54,130 bases of DNA from Betaproteobacteria bacterium (GCA_011391275.1 JAABQW010000111.1:1-54130); one strand, 5' to 3'; positions 38,095 to 48,962 are shown, counted from the stretch's first letter. The notes: generated by a model not told the origin, from the sequence alone. Numbers and translations: made by a program.

Positions 38095-39048
38095 TCATGC
38101 GTTCCCGGCGAGGATGGCCATCACCGCCATGCGCACGGCGATGCCGAAGGTGACCTGCGGCATGATCACGGAGTGGCTGCCGTCGGCCACGCCCGAGTCG
38201 ATCTCCACGCCGCGGTTGATCGGCCCCGGGTGCATCACGATCGCGTCGGGCTTCGCGAACGCGAGCTTCTCGGGGGAAAGCCCGTAGGTCTTGTTGAACT
38301 CGCCCGCCGAGGGGATCAGCGGCCCGCTCATGCGCTCGTTCTGCAGGCGCAGCGTGATCACCACGTCGCAGCCGCGCAGGCCCTCGGTCACGTCGTGGAA
38401 GACGCGCACCCCGAGGCGCTCGATGTCCTTCGGCAGCAGCGTCCTGGGGCCGACCACGCGCAGGTCCGGCACGCCCAGCGTCTTCAGGGCGTGGATCTGC
38501 GAGCGCGCCACCCGCGAGTGCAGGACGTCGCCGACGATGGCGACCGTGAGCCCCGTGAAGTCCTTCTTGTAGTGGCGGATCGTGTACATGTCGAGCAGCC
38601 CCTGCGTGGGGTGCGCGTGCCGGCCGTCGCCCGCGTTCACCACGTGCACACCGGGCTTCACGTGGCGCGCGATGAGGTGCGGCGCCCCGGCCTCGGCGTG
38701 CCGGACCACGAACATGTCCGCGTCCATCGCCTGCAGGTTCCAGACGGTGTCGAGGAGCGTTTCCCCCTTCGCGGTCGAGGAGGCGCCGATGTTCAGGTTG
38801 ATCACGTCCGCGGAGAGGCGCTTGGCGGCGATCTCGAAGGTGGTGCGCGTGCGCGTGGAGTTCTCGAAGAAGACGTTGAAGATCGACTTGCCGCGCAGCA
38901 GCGGGACCTTCTTCACCTCGCGCTCGTTCACGCTCACGAACTGCGCCGCGGTGTCGAGGATGTGCCGGATCATCTCCACCGGCAGCCCCTCGGTGGTGAG
39001 GAGGTGGACCAGGCGCCCCTGGGAGTCGACCTGGAGGCTCGGGCTCAT
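38095..39048 (-). CDS. pyrB: Aspartate carbamoyltransferase catalytic subunit
   Basis: [17 protein letters not shown] and HPGP motifs. ATGA overlap with the pyrR stop. Confidence 0.95.
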   Translation of the reverse strand: MSPSLQVDSQGRLVHLLTTEGLPVEMIRHILDTAAQFVSVNEREVKKVPLLRGKSIFNVFFENSTRTRTTFEIAAKRLSADVINLNIGASSTAKGETLLDTVWNLQAMDADMFVVRHAEAGAPHLIARHVKPGVHVVNAGDGRHAHPTQGLLDMYTIRHYKKDFTGLTVAIVGDVLHSRVARSQIHALKTLGVPDLRVVGPRTLLPKDIERLGVRVFHDVTEGLRGCDVVITLRLQNERMSGPLIPSAGEFNKTYGLSPEKLAFAKPDAIVMHPGPINRGVEIDSGVADGSHSVIMPQVTFGIAVRMAVMAILAGNA

Positions 39049-39548
39049 GCGGGCCTCCTCACGGCGGCGAGCCGCAGCCGCTCGTTCTCGTTGGTGAGCA
39101 CCAGTTCCTCCCCGGCTTCGACCTCGACGAAGGCGCCGGTGAAGTCCGGCGCCACGGGAAGCTCCCGGCCGCCGCGGTCGGCGAGCACCGCCAGGCGCAC
39201 GCGGGCCGGCCGCCCGTAGTCCCACAACTCGTTCAGGGCCGCGCGGATGGTGCGGCCGGTGTGCAGCACGTCGTCCACGAGCACGATGTCGCGACCCTCG
39301 ACCGCGCAGGGCAGATGGGTGCGCCGCGCCTCGCGGTGCAGGCCTATGCGGCCGTAGTCGTCGCGGTGCAGCGTCACCGCGAGCTGGCCCAGGGGGGTCT
39401 TCACGCCGAGGGCGCGGTGCAGGCGCTCGGCGACCCAGGCGCCGCCGGTGTAGATGCCGACGATGCCCGTCTCCGGGCCCGTCACGGGCTTCATCTGGGT
39501 CACGAGCGCCTCCAGCAGGCGCTCCGTATCAGGCAGGGGTGCGGCCAT
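39045..39548 (-). CDS. pyrR: Bifunctional pyr operon regulator / uracil phosphoribosyltransferase PyrR
   Basis: PRPP-binding loop [18 protein letters not shown]; operon position upstream of pyrB. Confidence 0.92.
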   Translation of the reverse strand: MAAPLPDTERLLEALVTQMKPVTGPETGIVGIYTGGAWVAERLHRALGVKTPLGQLAVTLHRDDYGRIGLHREARRTHLPCAVEGRDIVLVDDVLHTGRTIRAALNELWDYGRPARVRLAVLADRGGRELPVAPDFTGAFVEVEAGEELVLTNENERLRLAAVRRPA

Positions 39549-40005
39549 GGGGGGCTTTCTTCCGGTTGGTTTCGTCCAGGTAGCTCTGCAGGATCAGCGT
39601 GGCCGCGTGGGCGTCCACGTCGCCCTTGGATCTCGCGCGGGCGCCCGCCTCGCGCAGCCGCGACTCGGCCTCCGCCGAGGTGAGGGTCTCGTCCACGAAG
39701 GCCACGGGCAGCCCGAAACGTGCCTCGAGCCGCCGCGCGAACTTGCCCGCGAGCCGCGCCACCTCGTGCGGGCCGCCGTCGGCGTGGCGCGGCAGGCCGA
39801 CCACGAAGCCGGCGGGGTGCCATTCGGCCACCAGCCGCTCGATGGCGGCCAGGCGCGCCTGCGTGGCCTCCTCGGCGATGGCGGTGACGGGATGGGCCAT
39901 CCGCGTGGCGGTCTCGCCCACGGCCACGCCCAGGCGCTTTTCCCCGAAGTCGAAGCCGATGAGGGTCCCCGTGAGCGGCGGCGCCTCCGCGGACCCGGCG
40001 CTCAC
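39529..40005 (-). CDS. ruvX: Holliday-junction resolvase-like nuclease RuvX (YqgF)
   Basis: [17 protein letters not shown]…VVGLP…[10 protein letters not shown]. The GTG start at 40005 overlaps the yqgE stop. Confidence 0.88.
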   Translation of the reverse strand: MSAGSAEAPPLTGTLIGFDFGEKRLGVAVGETATRMAHPVTAIAEEATQARLAAIERLVAEWHPAGFVVGLPRHADGGPHEVARLAGKFARRLEARFGLPVAFVDETLTSAEAESRLREAGARARSKGDVDAHAATLILQSYLDETNRKKAPHGRTPA

Positions 40006-40559
40006 GCGTGCCCCGCCTCTTCCGAGAGGTTCAGGGTGGAAACGCCCAGCGCGCCCAGCGCCGCGTCGTAGCGGCCCTCCGGGGGCACGCGGAAGATCAC
40101 GTCGAGGTCCGCGCTCACCGTGAGCCACCCGTTGCGCCTGATCTCGTCCTCGAGCTGGCCCGCCGCCCAGCCGGCGTAGCCCAGCGCCACGAGCCGGTCT
40201 CCGGGTCCCTCGCCGCGCGCCATCGCCTCGAGGATGTCGCGGGACGTGGTGAGGCCGATTTCTCCCACCGGCAGCGTGGAGCGCCAATCGCCCAGCGGGC
40301 GGTGCAGGACGAAGCCGTGCTCGAGCTGGACCGGCCCGCCGAAAAAGACGGGCTGGGCGGCGAGCGGCTCGTCGTCCAGTTCGATCTCCACCTGCCGGAA
40401 GAGGGTGCCCAGGGTGACGTCCGTGGGGCGGTTCACCACCAGCCCCAGCGCCCCCCGCTCGTTGTGCTCGCAGACGAAGGTGAGGCTCCGGGAAAAGTTC
40501 GGGTCGACCATGCCGGGCATGGCGATGAGGAAGTGGCTCGTGAGATTGATCGTTTGCAT
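40002..40559 (-). CDS. YqgE/AlgH family protein
   Basis: [40 protein letters not shown] is the family signature. The yqgE-ruvX pairing is conserved. Confidence 0.88.
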   Translation of the reverse strand: MQTINLTSHFLIAMPGMVDPNFSRSLTFVCEHNERGALGLVVNRPTDVTLGTLFRQVEIELDDEPLAAQPVFFGGPVQLEHGFVLHRPLGDWRSTLPVGEIGLTTSRDILEAMARGEGPGDRLVALGYAGWAAGQLEDEIRRNGWLTVSADLDVIFRVPPEGRYDAALGALGVSTLNLSEEAGHA

Positions 40560-40641
40560 TTGCCACCGACCCCATATTCTAATTCGTTCGCCCCCCGGCC
40601 GCCATCGGACGGGAAGCGAAGTCCCCCGCCCAGGAAGCCCC

Positions 40642-42069
40642 GTGACCGCCTACGACCGATCCCTGTTCTGGTTCCGCCGCGACCTGCGCGACCACGACAA
40701 CGCCGGCCTCTACTACGCCCTGGCCTCGTCCAGCCAGGTCTTCTGCGCCTTCGTCTTCGACCGCGAGATCCTGGATGCGTTGCCGGTTGGCCCCGACCGG
40801 CGCGTGGCGTTCATCCGGGAAAGCGTGGCCGAGCTGCGCGAGTCGCTCCGGCGGCGGGGCGGCGAGCTCGTCGTCCTGCACGGCCGGGCGACCGGGGAGA
40901 TCCCGGCCCTGGCCCGCCGGCTGTCGGCCGGCGCCGTCTTCGCCAACGAGGACTACGAGCCGGCGGCGATCCGGCGCGACGCGGCCGTGGAGAAGGCGCT
41001 CGCGGCCGACGGCCGCATCCTGCACCTCGCCAAGGACCACGCCGTCTTCGCCAAGGACGAGGTCCTCACGCAATCGGGCGGCAGTTTCTCGGTGTTCACG
41101 CCCTACAAGCGCGCCTGGCTCGCCAAGGCCGACGACTTCTACCTCTCGTCCTACCCCGTGGAACGCCATGCAGGCCGGCTCGCGAAGGCGGGGGAGGACA
41201 CACCCGTCCCGTCGCTCGAGTCCCTGGGCTTCGCGGCGCCGCCCCGCGAGCCCGCGCCGGTGCCGGCGGGAATGTCCGGCGCGCGGCGGCTCTTCGAGGA
41301 TTTCACCGGGCGCATGGCCGCCTACAGGGAGGCGCGCGACTTCCCGGCCGTGAAGGGCGTCTCCTACCTCTCCGTCCACAACCGCTTCGGCACGATCTCC
41401 ATCCGCGAGATCGCCCGCGCCGCCTGGCAGGCGCGCAGCGAGGGGGCGGCGACGTGGCTCTCGGAGCTCGTCTGGCGCGACTTCTACTTCCAGATCCTGT
41501 GGCACCACCCGCACGCGGCGACGGGCTCCTTCCGCCGGGAGTACGACGCCATCGCGTGGCCGGGCACGGACGGGCACTTCGCCGCCTGGTGCGAGGCGCG
41601 CACCGGCTTCCCCATCGTCGACGCGGCGATGCGCCAGATCAACGCCACGGGCTACATGCACAACCGGCTGCGCATGATCGTCGCCTCCTTCCTCGTGAAG
41701 GACCTGCTCCTCGACTGGCGGCGCGGCGAGCGGTACTTCGCCGACCACCTCGTCGACTTCGACCTCGCCGCCAACAACGGCGGCTGGCAGTGGGCCGCCT
41801 CGACGGGGTGCGACGCGCAGCCCTGGTTCCGCATCTTCAACCCCGTGACGCAGTCGGAGCGCTTCGATCCGCAGGGGAAGTTCATCCGGCGCTACCTGCC
41901 GGAGCTCGCGCGGGTCCCGGACGGCTACGTGCACGCTCCGTGGACGATGCCGCCCCTCGAGCAGCAGGCCGCCGGCTGCGTGATCGGCCGGGACTATCCC
42001 GCGCCCGTCGTCGACCACGCGGCGCAGCGCCCGAAGGCGCTCGCCCTCTTCAAGGCGGCGCGCGCCTAG
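40642..42069 (+). CDS. phrB: Deoxyribodipyrimidine photolyase
   Basis: [16 protein letters not shown]…WRDFYFQI…[12 protein letters not shown]…[15 protein letters not shown]…NNGGWQW. GTG start at 40642. Confidence 0.9.
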   Translation: MTAYDRSLFWFRRDLRDHDNAGLYYALASSSQVFCAFVFDREILDALPVGPDRRVAFIRESVAELRESLRRRGGELVVLHGRATGEIPALARRLSAGAVFANEDYEPAAIRRDAAVEKALAADGRILHLAKDHAVFAKDEVLTQSGGSFSVFTPYKRAWLAKADDFYLSSYPVERHAGRLAKAGEDTPVPSLESLGFAAPPREPAPVPAGMSGARRLFEDFTGRMAAYREARDFPAVKGVSYLSVHNRFGTISIREIARAAWQARSEGAATWLSELVWRDFYFQILWHHPHAATGSFRREYDAIAWPGTDGHFAAWCEARTGFPIVDAAMRQINATGYMHNRLRMIVASFLVKDLLLDWRRGERYFADHLVDFDLAANNGGWQWAASTGCDAQPWFRIFNPVTQSERFDPQGKFIRRYLPELARVPDGYVHAPWTMPPLEQQAAGCVIGRDYPAPVVDHAAQRPKALALFKAARA

Positions 42070-42836
42070 TAGCGCGCCGCAGCGAAGCGCCCGTACTGGT
42101 TGTTCGCCGCGCTGAAGGTGCGCAGGTAACCCGAGAAGCCGTGCCGGGTGACCTCGAAGTCCGTGAGCCGGAAGGTGCCCGCCTCGCCCCCGTCGCAGTC
42201 GTACCGGCCATCGACCCGCCCGAACTTGCCCTCCTGGACGAGGGGCCCGCGGTAGTTGCAGCGCCCCTGGGGCTCGTCCACGCGCAGGAAGACCCGGCCC
42301 TCGTCGATGTGCAGCAGGACGTCCGCCTCGTACTGGCGCGTTCCCCACGGCGCCTGCCCGGGAACGAACTGGCGCAGCCGGATGGAGGCGTGATAGTTGG
42401 CCCCGAAGGCGGGAAGCTCGAAGGTCTGGCGCACCAGCCGCTTCGTGACGGCGAGGCCCTCGGCGTCGTAGGCGAGCACGATCGCGCCGTCGGCCGCCGG
42501 CTCGACGATCATCTGCCCCACGGGCGTGTTCGTCACCCTGGACGGGTCGAATGCCCCGCCCTGCCAGGGCCCTCGCGTGCGGTAGAGGGTGCCGCGGAAG
42601 GCGGGGCGCCCGGCTCCGTCGTAGGCGAACGTGTGCGCGGCGGGCGCCACGTACCAGGAAGGCTCGCCGTCGGGCCCGTACACGAAGAGCGTGACGAAGG
42701 CGGTCTCGCCCTGCTGGACGATGTTGGCGCCCCAGCCGGATTCCTGCGGGTTCCACCACAGGTCGGTGTACTCGCCGGCGGCGGCGTCCAGCGATGCGGC
42801 CGCGACCAGGGCGGCGAGGATGTTCCTGGGTGACAT
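42066..42836 (-). CDS. Exported hypothetical protein (WWNPxESGWG motif)
   Basis: Signal peptide MSPRNILAALVAAASLDAAAG followed by YTDLWWNPQESGWGANIV… I recognise no catalytic motif. Start chosen at the ATG at 42836. Confidence 0.6.
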   Translation of the reverse strand: MSPRNILAALVAAASLDAAAGEYTDLWWNPQESGWGANIVQQGETAFVTLFVYGPDGEPSWYVAPAAHTFAYDGAGRPAFRGTLYRTRGPWQGGAFDPSRVTNTPVGQMIVEPAADGAIVLAYDAEGLAVTKRLVRQTFELPAFGANYHASIRLRQFVPGQAPWGTRQYEADVLLHIDEGRVFLRVDEPQGRCNYRGPLVQEGKFGRVDGRYDCDGGEAGTFRLTDFEVTRHGFSGYLRTFSAANNQYGRFAAARY

Positions 42837-42946
42837 GGCGTTTTCCTGTTCCTGTCCGAACGGCACCTTGCCATCATGCCCGCCGGGTCACCACGGCCGT
42901 GCGACGAAATGCGCGCGGCGCGTGACGAAACGCGACGGCCGGGGCC

Positions 42947-43861
42947 CTATTCGGCGGAAAGCTGGTCGGACCGCGTGAAGGTCCAGGTGCGGGTGATGTA
43001 GAGGATGTCCGTGTCGGCGCGGATCGCGTCCGGGAAGCGGTCGAAGGGGGCGGCGAGCCGCACGATGCGCAGCGCCGCCTGGTCCAGCACCTTGTGTCCC
43101 GAGGAGCGGTTGACCTCGATCGACTCCACCTCGCCGTCGGGCTTGAGCCCGACCGTGAGCTGCAGCGACCCGTAGAGCTTGCGGCGCCGCGCCTCGTCGG
43201 GGTAGTTGAGGTTGCCCACGCGCTCGATCTTGAGCCGCCAGTTGTCCACGTACATCGCGAAGCGGTACTCGGAGGCGCGCGCGCCCACGAACTTCTTGCG
43301 CGGCCGCTCCTGGTAGGCCTGGTACTCGCGGCGGATCTGCGCCTCCAGGCGCTGGATCTCGAGGCTCTTCTCGATCAGGTCCTGCGCCGTCTTGTCGGAC
43401 TTCTCGTTCTTCTCCGCGACGGGATCGGCGGGGGTCACGGCGGCCTGCGACTTCAGGCGCGTCATCAGCTCGGCCGCCTCGCGCTCGAGCTGGTGGACGC
43501 GGCTCTGCGCCTGCTTGAGCTCGGGGGCGCTCTCGCGGCTCTCCACGACCGGGAAGGGGCTCGAGGCGCGCCGCTTCTGGTCGGTGTTGCCGCCGCCGTC
43601 CAGGTTCGCCTGCGCCAGCGCGTCGGCCTTGTCGGGCTTCGCGGCCGTCTTCGCGTTCACCAGCACCACGTCGAGGACGTTGTGCGGCGCGTCGAAGCCG
43701 CGCGGGTCCGGCACCTTGAAGCCGAGGCCGACGATGGCGAAGGCGTGGAATGCGACGGAGGCGACGAGCGCCACCTGCATCGTGGCGACGAGGCCGAACC
43801 GCTCCAGCAGGTAGTCGGAAAAGTGGACCAGCGCGTCGGGGGGAGTCTGCCTCAGTTGCAT
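42947..43861 (-). CDS. TonB C-terminal domain-containing membrane protein
   Basis: One N-terminal TM segment, a long charged coiled-coil-like linker, and a TonB_C-like end (YPDEARRRKLYGSLQLTVGLKPDGEVESIEVNRSSGHKVLDQAALRIV). The ATG at 43861 was verified. Confidence 0.75.
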   Translation of the reverse strand: MQLRQTPPDALVHFSDYLLERFGLVATMQVALVASVAFHAFAIVGLGFKVPDPRGFDAPHNVLDVVLVNAKTAAKPDKADALAQANLDGGGNTDQKRRASSPFPVVESRESAPELKQAQSRVHQLEREAAELMTRLKSQAAVTPADPVAEKNEKSDKTAQDLIEKSLEIQRLEAQIRREYQAYQERPRKKFVGARASEYRFAMYVDNWRLKIERVGNLNYPDEARRRKLYGSLQLTVGLKPDGEVESIEVNRSSGHKVLDQAALRIVRLAAPFDRFPDAIRADTDILYITRTWTFTRSDQLSAE

Positions 43862-43917
43862 CGGCAGGCGCGGGCTCGCTCGGGCAGGCGGGACATGAGC
43901 GGGAATGATAGCAGCGC

Positions 43918-45762
43918 CTACACGGCGCCGGGCTTGCCCGCGTAGCGGCAGGGTAGGTTCACCTCCCAGGGGTCCGGCTCGCCGAAGGCCACGCGCACGC
44001 GCTCGCCGGGCGCGCAGGGAGGCAGCCCGATGGTCCGGCAGACGAGCGGGATGCCCTCCAGGCGAACCAGCTCGTCCCGGATGACCGTCGCGTCCGCGCC
44101 CTCGAGGCCTTCCTGCACGATCCAGCGCAGGCACCAGTAGCGCTCGAGGTGGCGCTGGTGCTCCGCGTAGGCCTCGTAGGCGGTCTCGAAGTCGCGCGCG
44201 GCGGAGCCGAGCTCGTCGCGCGAGTAGGGCGCGGGCTCGCCTCGCAGGAGTGCGGCGAGCTGGCGCTGGTTGGCGAGGTCGCTGAAGCGCCTGAGCGGCG
44301 AGCTCGACCACGCATAATGCGTGACACCCAGCCATTCGTGGGCACCCGGCTCCGTCTCCATGCGCGTCTTGATTCCGCGCTGGTTGCGGTAGATGGCCGG
44401 GTAGCCCGCCTCGGCGAGCGCGCGGCCCCAGGTGGAGTTCACGTGGATCATGAGCTCGGAGACCAGCACGTCGATGGGGGTGCCGCGGCGGCGCGGCTCG
44501 ATCGCCACGCGCCCGCCCTCGACGCGGAAATTGTAGTCGAGCCGCTCGCCTTTCTCCTCGCCGGCGCCGCGCGCCGCGCGCAGCTTCCTCGCCACGCGCC
44601 ACAGCAACACGAGGTCCTCGCCGTGCGAGCCCTCGACGCGCCCGGCCGCGAGCGACTCCTCGTTGAGGCGCGTCTCCAGCTCCGCGATGCGCAGGTTCGT
44701 GGCGATGGCGACCCGCTCCAGCCGCGAGTCGGTGGCGAGTATGTCGAGGGTATCGGGATCCAGCTCCAGGTAGAGCGAAGCCGCGGCCACTTCGCGGCCC
44801 TCGCCGAGGGTCGCCTCCGCGATGGCCGCCTCGGGCAGCATCGTGATCTTGCCGCCCGGGAAGTAGACCGTGGAGAGCCGCTCGCGCGCGATGGCCTCCA
44901 GCGCGTGCTCGCGCCCGAAGAACAGGGCCGGCGCGGCGATGTGCACCCCGACGCGCAGCCGGCCGCCGGGCAGGCGCTCGACCGAGAAGGCGTCGTCGAT
45001 CTCGGTGGTCTCGTGGTCGTCTATGGAAAACGCCGGGGCCGCGGCGGCGGGAAGGCCCTGGGGTGCCGCCACCGGCGCGACCTCCGGGAAGCCCAGCCCC
45101 TCCGGGAACAGCTCGAAGGCGAACCGCCGCAGGAAGTAGTCCTCGGGGCCCGCGAGCGCGCCGACGCGCGCCAGGAGCCGCGGCGGCGCGAGGCCGGCCT
45201 GCGTGGCTGCCTGGTCCATCGCCCGCCACTCCAGCGACATCTTGTCCGGCTTGAAGAGCAGGGCATCGAGCTTCGCGGCGAGCTCCGGCGGCACCGTGCC
45301 GGCCACGATCGCGGCGGCCCACGCGTCGACCTGCTCCTGCTGCCGGCGCTTCCTCTCGAGCCCGGCGAGCGCCGCGCGAAGGTTCTCCTCGGGCGCGGCC
45401 TGGTAACGGCCCTTCCCGCGCCGGTAGAAGTACATCGGGCTCGCGTGCAGGGCGAGGGCCACCGCGGTGGCCTCCAGCGGCGCGGGCGCGTGGCCGTAGT
45501 AGTCCGCCGCGAGGTCGGCGAAGCCGAACTCGCCCGGGCCGCACACCTCCCACAGGAACTGCGGGTCGAGCGCGTCGGCGAGCGCCTGGGCCTCGGGCAT
45601 GAAGTGGGAGAGCGACTGCCCGTCGAAGCGCAGCAGCACGGCGTTCGCCTTCACCTTCGAGCGCTTGCCGTGCGCGGCCTCCACCTGGAACGCCGCGCCG
45701 GCTTCCGCGAGGATCGTGCCGACCCGGAACGCGCCATCCTCCTCGAACAGGAGCTGCTTCAT
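43918..45762 (-). CDS. RNB-domain 3'-5' exoribonuclease (RNase II family)
   Basis: MKQLLFEEDGAFRVG… and an RNB core (FSIDDHETTEIDDAFS…, HYAWSSSPLRRFSDL). ATGA overlap with the upstream gene. Confidence 0.85.
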   Translation of the reverse strand: MKQLLFEEDGAFRVGTILAEAGAAFQVEAAHGKRSKVKANAVLLRFDGQSLSHFMPEAQALADALDPQFLWEVCGPGEFGFADLAADYYGHAPAPLEATAVALALHASPMYFYRRGKGRYQAAPEENLRAALAGLERKRRQQEQVDAWAAAIVAGTVPPELAAKLDALLFKPDKMSLEWRAMDQAATQAGLAPPRLLARVGALAGPEDYFLRRFAFELFPEGLGFPEVAPVAAPQGLPAAAAPAFSIDDHETTEIDDAFSVERLPGGRLRVGVHIAAPALFFGREHALEAIARERLSTVYFPGGKITMLPEAAIAEATLGEGREVAAASLYLELDPDTLDILATDSRLERVAIATNLRIAELETRLNEESLAAGRVEGSHGEDLVLLWRVARKLRAARGAGEEKGERLDYNFRVEGGRVAIEPRRRGTPIDVLVSELMIHVNSTWGRALAEAGYPAIYRNQRGIKTRMETEPGAHEWLGVTHYAWSSSPLRRFSDLANQRQLAALLRGEPAPYSRDELGSAARDFETAYEAYAEHQRHLERYWCLRWIVQEGLEGADATVIRDELVRLEGIPLVCRTIGLPPCAPGERVRVAFGEPDPWEVNLPCRYAGKPGAV

Positions 45763-46364
45763 GGCGCGACCCTCCCGGCGGCGGGCGGGCCGTCCTCGAG
45801 CGCCCACGCGACGATGTCCGGCACGAACTCCGGGAAGCTCGCGAGCGAGTGATCGCCGCCCTGCACCACCGACTGGAATGCGCCGGCGTAGTACGCCACC
45901 GCCTCGCGGTAGTCGAGCACCTCGTCGCCCGTCTCCACGACGAGCCAGTAGCGCCCGGGCCGCGTGATCGCGGTCGGGTCCATGGCGGCCAGCTCCTCGA
46001 CGTGCTCGCGGGTGAGGTCGAAGCGCTCGCCCGTGTAGAGGTTCGCCTGCGGCCCCAGGTAGCGCCCGAAGTGGCTCTGCGGATGCACGGCGGGATTGAG
46101 CGCCACGGCCCGGCAACCCGCCCGCTCGGCGGCCACGGTGGCGTAGAAGCCGCCCAGCGAGCTGCCCACGACGACGAGGTCCGCAGGGTTCCTCTGCGCG
46201 CAAAGGCGCCCGACCTGCGCCATGGCCTGCGCGGGGCGGTGGTGCAGCTCGGGCACGAGGTATTCGATGCCGTTCGCCTGGCCGCGCAGGTAGTCGCCGA
46301 GCATCACGGCCTTCCTCGAAGCGGGAGAGCTGATGAATCCGTGCAGGTAGAGGAGGGTCTTCAA
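45759..46364 (-). CDS. YqiA/YcfP-family alpha/beta hydrolase (esterase)
   Basis: MKTLLYLHGFISSPASRKA…VVGSSLGGFYA (GxSxG nucleophile elbow). Confidence 0.85.
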   Translation of the reverse strand: MKTLLYLHGFISSPASRKAVMLGDYLRGQANGIEYLVPELHHRPAQAMAQVGRLCAQRNPADLVVVGSSLGGFYATVAAERAGCRAVALNPAVHPQSHFGRYLGPQANLYTGERFDLTREHVEELAAMDPTAITRPGRYWLVVETGDEVLDYREAVAYYAGAFQSVVQGGDHSLASFPEFVPDIVAWALEDGPPAAGRVAP

Positions 46365-46371
46365 GGGGTTC

Positions 46372-47217
46372 CTAGAGGTCGACCGCGCCGCGGGCGAGTT
46401 CGGTCACGTCGCCGCCGACGGTCACGGTGCCCGCCTTCACCGCGAGAAAGAGCGTCGAGGGCCGCTGCACCTCGTCGCCCTGGGAGACGGTGCGCGCGAT
46501 GTCGTCGCCGGGACGCGTGGCGCAGTACCACCCGCCGAGGTTCGCGCAGGCGGAGCCCGTGGCGGGATCCTCGAGCACGGCGGCGCCCACCGGGAAGAAG
46601 AAGCGCGAGACGACGGTGCCGCGCGCGTCGCCCTCGTCCGCGAACACGTAGGCCATGCCGTGGCCATCCTCGCTCGACAGGCGCGAGAACGCGTCGGCGC
46701 GCGGCTTCGCCCGCCGCACGGCGTCGGCCGTGGCCACGGGCACGAGCAGCTGTTCCTTGCCGGCGTTCACCCAGAGGGGCCGCCCGGCGATGTCGCCCTC
46801 CGCGAGCCCGAGGAGAGCGGCGATTTCGGCCCGCGGCTCGGCCACCTCGCGCCAGCACGGCGCGTTGGCCCTGAGCGTCCAGCGCCCGCCCTCGGCCGAC
46901 ACGGGGATGATGCCGGCCTGCATTTCCAGGGTGATCGCGTCCCCGGCGCCGCGCAGCGCGCGCACCACGTGCGCCGTGCCGAGCGTCGGGTGCCCCGCGA
47001 AGGGCATCTCGTAGGCCGGCGTGAAGATGCGCACCCGCGCCGTGGCCCGATCCGAGGGCAGCACGAAGGTGGTCTCGGACAGGTTGAACTGGCGCGCGAG
47101 CGCCTGCATGGCCTCCTCGTCCAGCCCGGCGGCGTCCTCGAAGACGCAAAGGGGGTTGCCTGTGAGCGGGCCGCCGCGGGTGAACACGTTGACGATCCGG
47201 AAGGCGAGCGAGGGCAT
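46372..47217 (-). CDS. PhzF-family isomerase
   Basis: IVNVFT…GNPLCVF…LARQFNLSETTFV…IFTPAYEMPFAGHPTLG. Confidence 0.88.
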   Translation of the reverse strand: MPSLAFRIVNVFTRGGPLTGNPLCVFEDAAGLDEEAMQALARQFNLSETTFVLPSDRATARVRIFTPAYEMPFAGHPTLGTAHVVRALRGAGDAITLEMQAGIIPVSAEGGRWTLRANAPCWREVAEPRAEIAALLGLAEGDIAGRPLWVNAGKEQLLVPVATADAVRRAKPRADAFSRLSSEDGHGMAYVFADEGDARGTVVSRFFFPVGAAVLEDPATGSACANLGGWYCATRPGDDIARTVSQGDEVQRPSTLFLAVKAGTVTVGGDVTELARGAVDL

Positions 47218-48578
47218 CACGAACTCCCATTCGTGGACAGCCGGTCGAGGAGCTTCGCGTGGACGCCGCCGAAGCCGCCGTTGGACATCACCAGGACGTG
47301 GTCGCCGGGCCGCAGCACCAGGCCGAGCGCTTCCACCATCGGGTCGAGCTCCGAGTAGATGGCCGCCCGCGACGACAGCGGCGCGAGGGCCTTCTCCGGG
47401 TCCCAGCCGAGGTGGCTCGCGTAGCAGTACACGAGGTCGGCTCCCCCGAGGCTCGCCGCCAGGCGCGACTGCATGGTGCCCAGCTTCATGGTGTTGGAGC
47501 GCGGCTCGAACACCGCCACGATCCGCTCGCGGCCGACGCGCTTCCTCAGGCCCGCGATGGTGGTCTCGAAGGCGGTCGGGTGGTGCGCGAAGTCGTCGTA
47601 GACGGTGACGCCGTTGACGGTGCCGCGCACTTCCATGCGCCGCTTCACGCCCAGGAAGCGGGAGAGCGCGTCGATGCCCACGGCGACGGGAACGCCGGCA
47701 TGGCGCGCCGCGGCAAGCGCGGCCAGCGCGTTCATGCGGTTGTGCTCCCCGGTCGCCTCCCACTTCACCACCCCCTGCGGCGCCCCGTGCAGGCACACCT
47801 CGAAGGAGTCGTCGGGGTTCACCGTGCCGGCGCTCCAGGGGTGCCCCGTCCCGAAACGCTCCACGCTCGTCCAGCAGCCGCGCTCGAGCACGCGCCCGAT
47901 CGCGGCCTCGCCCCCGTTGGCGACCACCAGCCCGTTGGCCGGCACGATGCGCACCAGGTGGTGGAACTGCGTCTCGATGGCGGCGAGGTCGGGGAAGATG
48001 TCGGCGTGGTCGAACTCGAGGTTGTTGAGCACGGCGGTGCGCGGCCGGTACCAGACGAACTTCGAGCGCTTGTCGAAGAACGCCGTGTCGTACTCGTCGG
48101 CCTCGATCACGAAGAACGGCGAATCGGTGAGCAGCGCCGAGACGTGGAAGTTCCTCGGCACCCCGCCGATGAGGAAGCCGGGGTTCAGGCCCGCGTCGGC
48201 GAGGATCCAGGCGAGCATCGCCGAGGTCGTGGTCTTGCCGTGGGTGCCCGCCACGGCGAGCACCCACTTGCCCGCGAGCACGTGCTCGGCGAGCCACTGC
48301 GGTCCGGAGACGTAGGCGAGCCCCCGGTTGAGGATCTCCTCCACCACGGGCTTGCCGCGCGTCATCGCGTTGCCCACCACGTAGAGGTCGGCGGGGTAGC
48401 GCTCGAGCTGCCCGGCGTCGTATCCCTCGTGCAGGGCGATGCCGAGGCTGCGCAGCTGGTCGCTCATGGGCGGATAGACCTGCGCGTCGCAGCCGGTGAC
48501 CTCGTGGCCGGCCTCGCGCGCGATTTTCGCGAGGCCGCCCATGAAGGTGCCGCAGATGCCGAGGATGTGGAGGCGCAT
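47217..48578 (-). CDS. mpl: UDP-N-acetylmuramate:L-alanyl-gamma-D-glutamyl-meso-DAP ligase
   Basis: MRLHILGICGTFMGGLA… and the Mur-ligase P-loop GTHGKTTT. The length and sequence are typical of Mpl. Confidence 0.93.
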   Translation of the reverse strand: MRLHILGICGTFMGGLAKIAREAGHEVTGCDAQVYPPMSDQLRSLGIALHEGYDAGQLERYPADLYVVGNAMTRGKPVVEEILNRGLAYVSGPQWLAEHVLAGKWVLAVAGTHGKTTTSAMLAWILADAGLNPGFLIGGVPRNFHVSALLTDSPFFVIEADEYDTAFFDKRSKFVWYRPRTAVLNNLEFDHADIFPDLAAIETQFHHLVRIVPANGLVVANGGEAAIGRVLERGCWTSVERFGTGHPWSAGTVNPDDSFEVCLHGAPQGVVKWEATGEHNRMNALAALAAARHAGVPVAVGIDALSRFLGVKRRMEVRGTVNGVTVYDDFAHHPTAFETTIAGLRKRVGRERIVAVFEPRSNTMKLGTMQSRLAASLGGADLVYCYASHLGWDPEKALAPLSSRAAIYSELDPMVEALGLVLRPGDHVLVMSNGGFGGVHAKLLDRLSTNGSS

Positions 48579-48608
48579 GTCGTCGGTCCCGGGAAGGGGG
48601 AAACCCCG

Positions 48609-48962
48609 TCAGCCCCGGAAGATGAAGTAGACCGCGCCGACGAGGCAGAGGCCCGCCCAGAGGTAGTTCCACTTGAGCCCCTCGCCCATGTAGAGCATCG
48701 CGAAGGGCACGAAAATGGCGAGCGTGATGACCTCCTGCAGGATCTTCAGCTGCGCGAGCGAGATGCCGCCTGCGAAGCCGATGCGGTTGGCCGGCACCTG
48801 CAGGAGGTACTCGAAGAGGGCGATGCACCAGCTCACGAGCGCGGCGATCCACCACGGGCTCGCCTGGAGGTGCTTCAGGTGCCCGTACCACGCGAACGTC
48901 ATGAAGAGGTTCGAGGCCGCGAGCATCGTGGCCGTGAGCGCGAGCGTCTGCAGGGAGGTCAT
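48609..48962 (-). CDS. DMT-superfamily small membrane protein (DUF486 type)
   Basis: 117 aa with four hydrophobic helices; FMTFAWYGHLK motif. Confidence 0.78.
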   Translation of the reverse strand: MTSLQTLALTATMLAASNLFMTFAWYGHLKHLQASPWWIAALVSWCIALFEYLLQVPANRIGFAGGISLAQLKILQEVITLAIFVPFAMLYMGEGLKWNYLWAGLCLVGAVYFIFRG

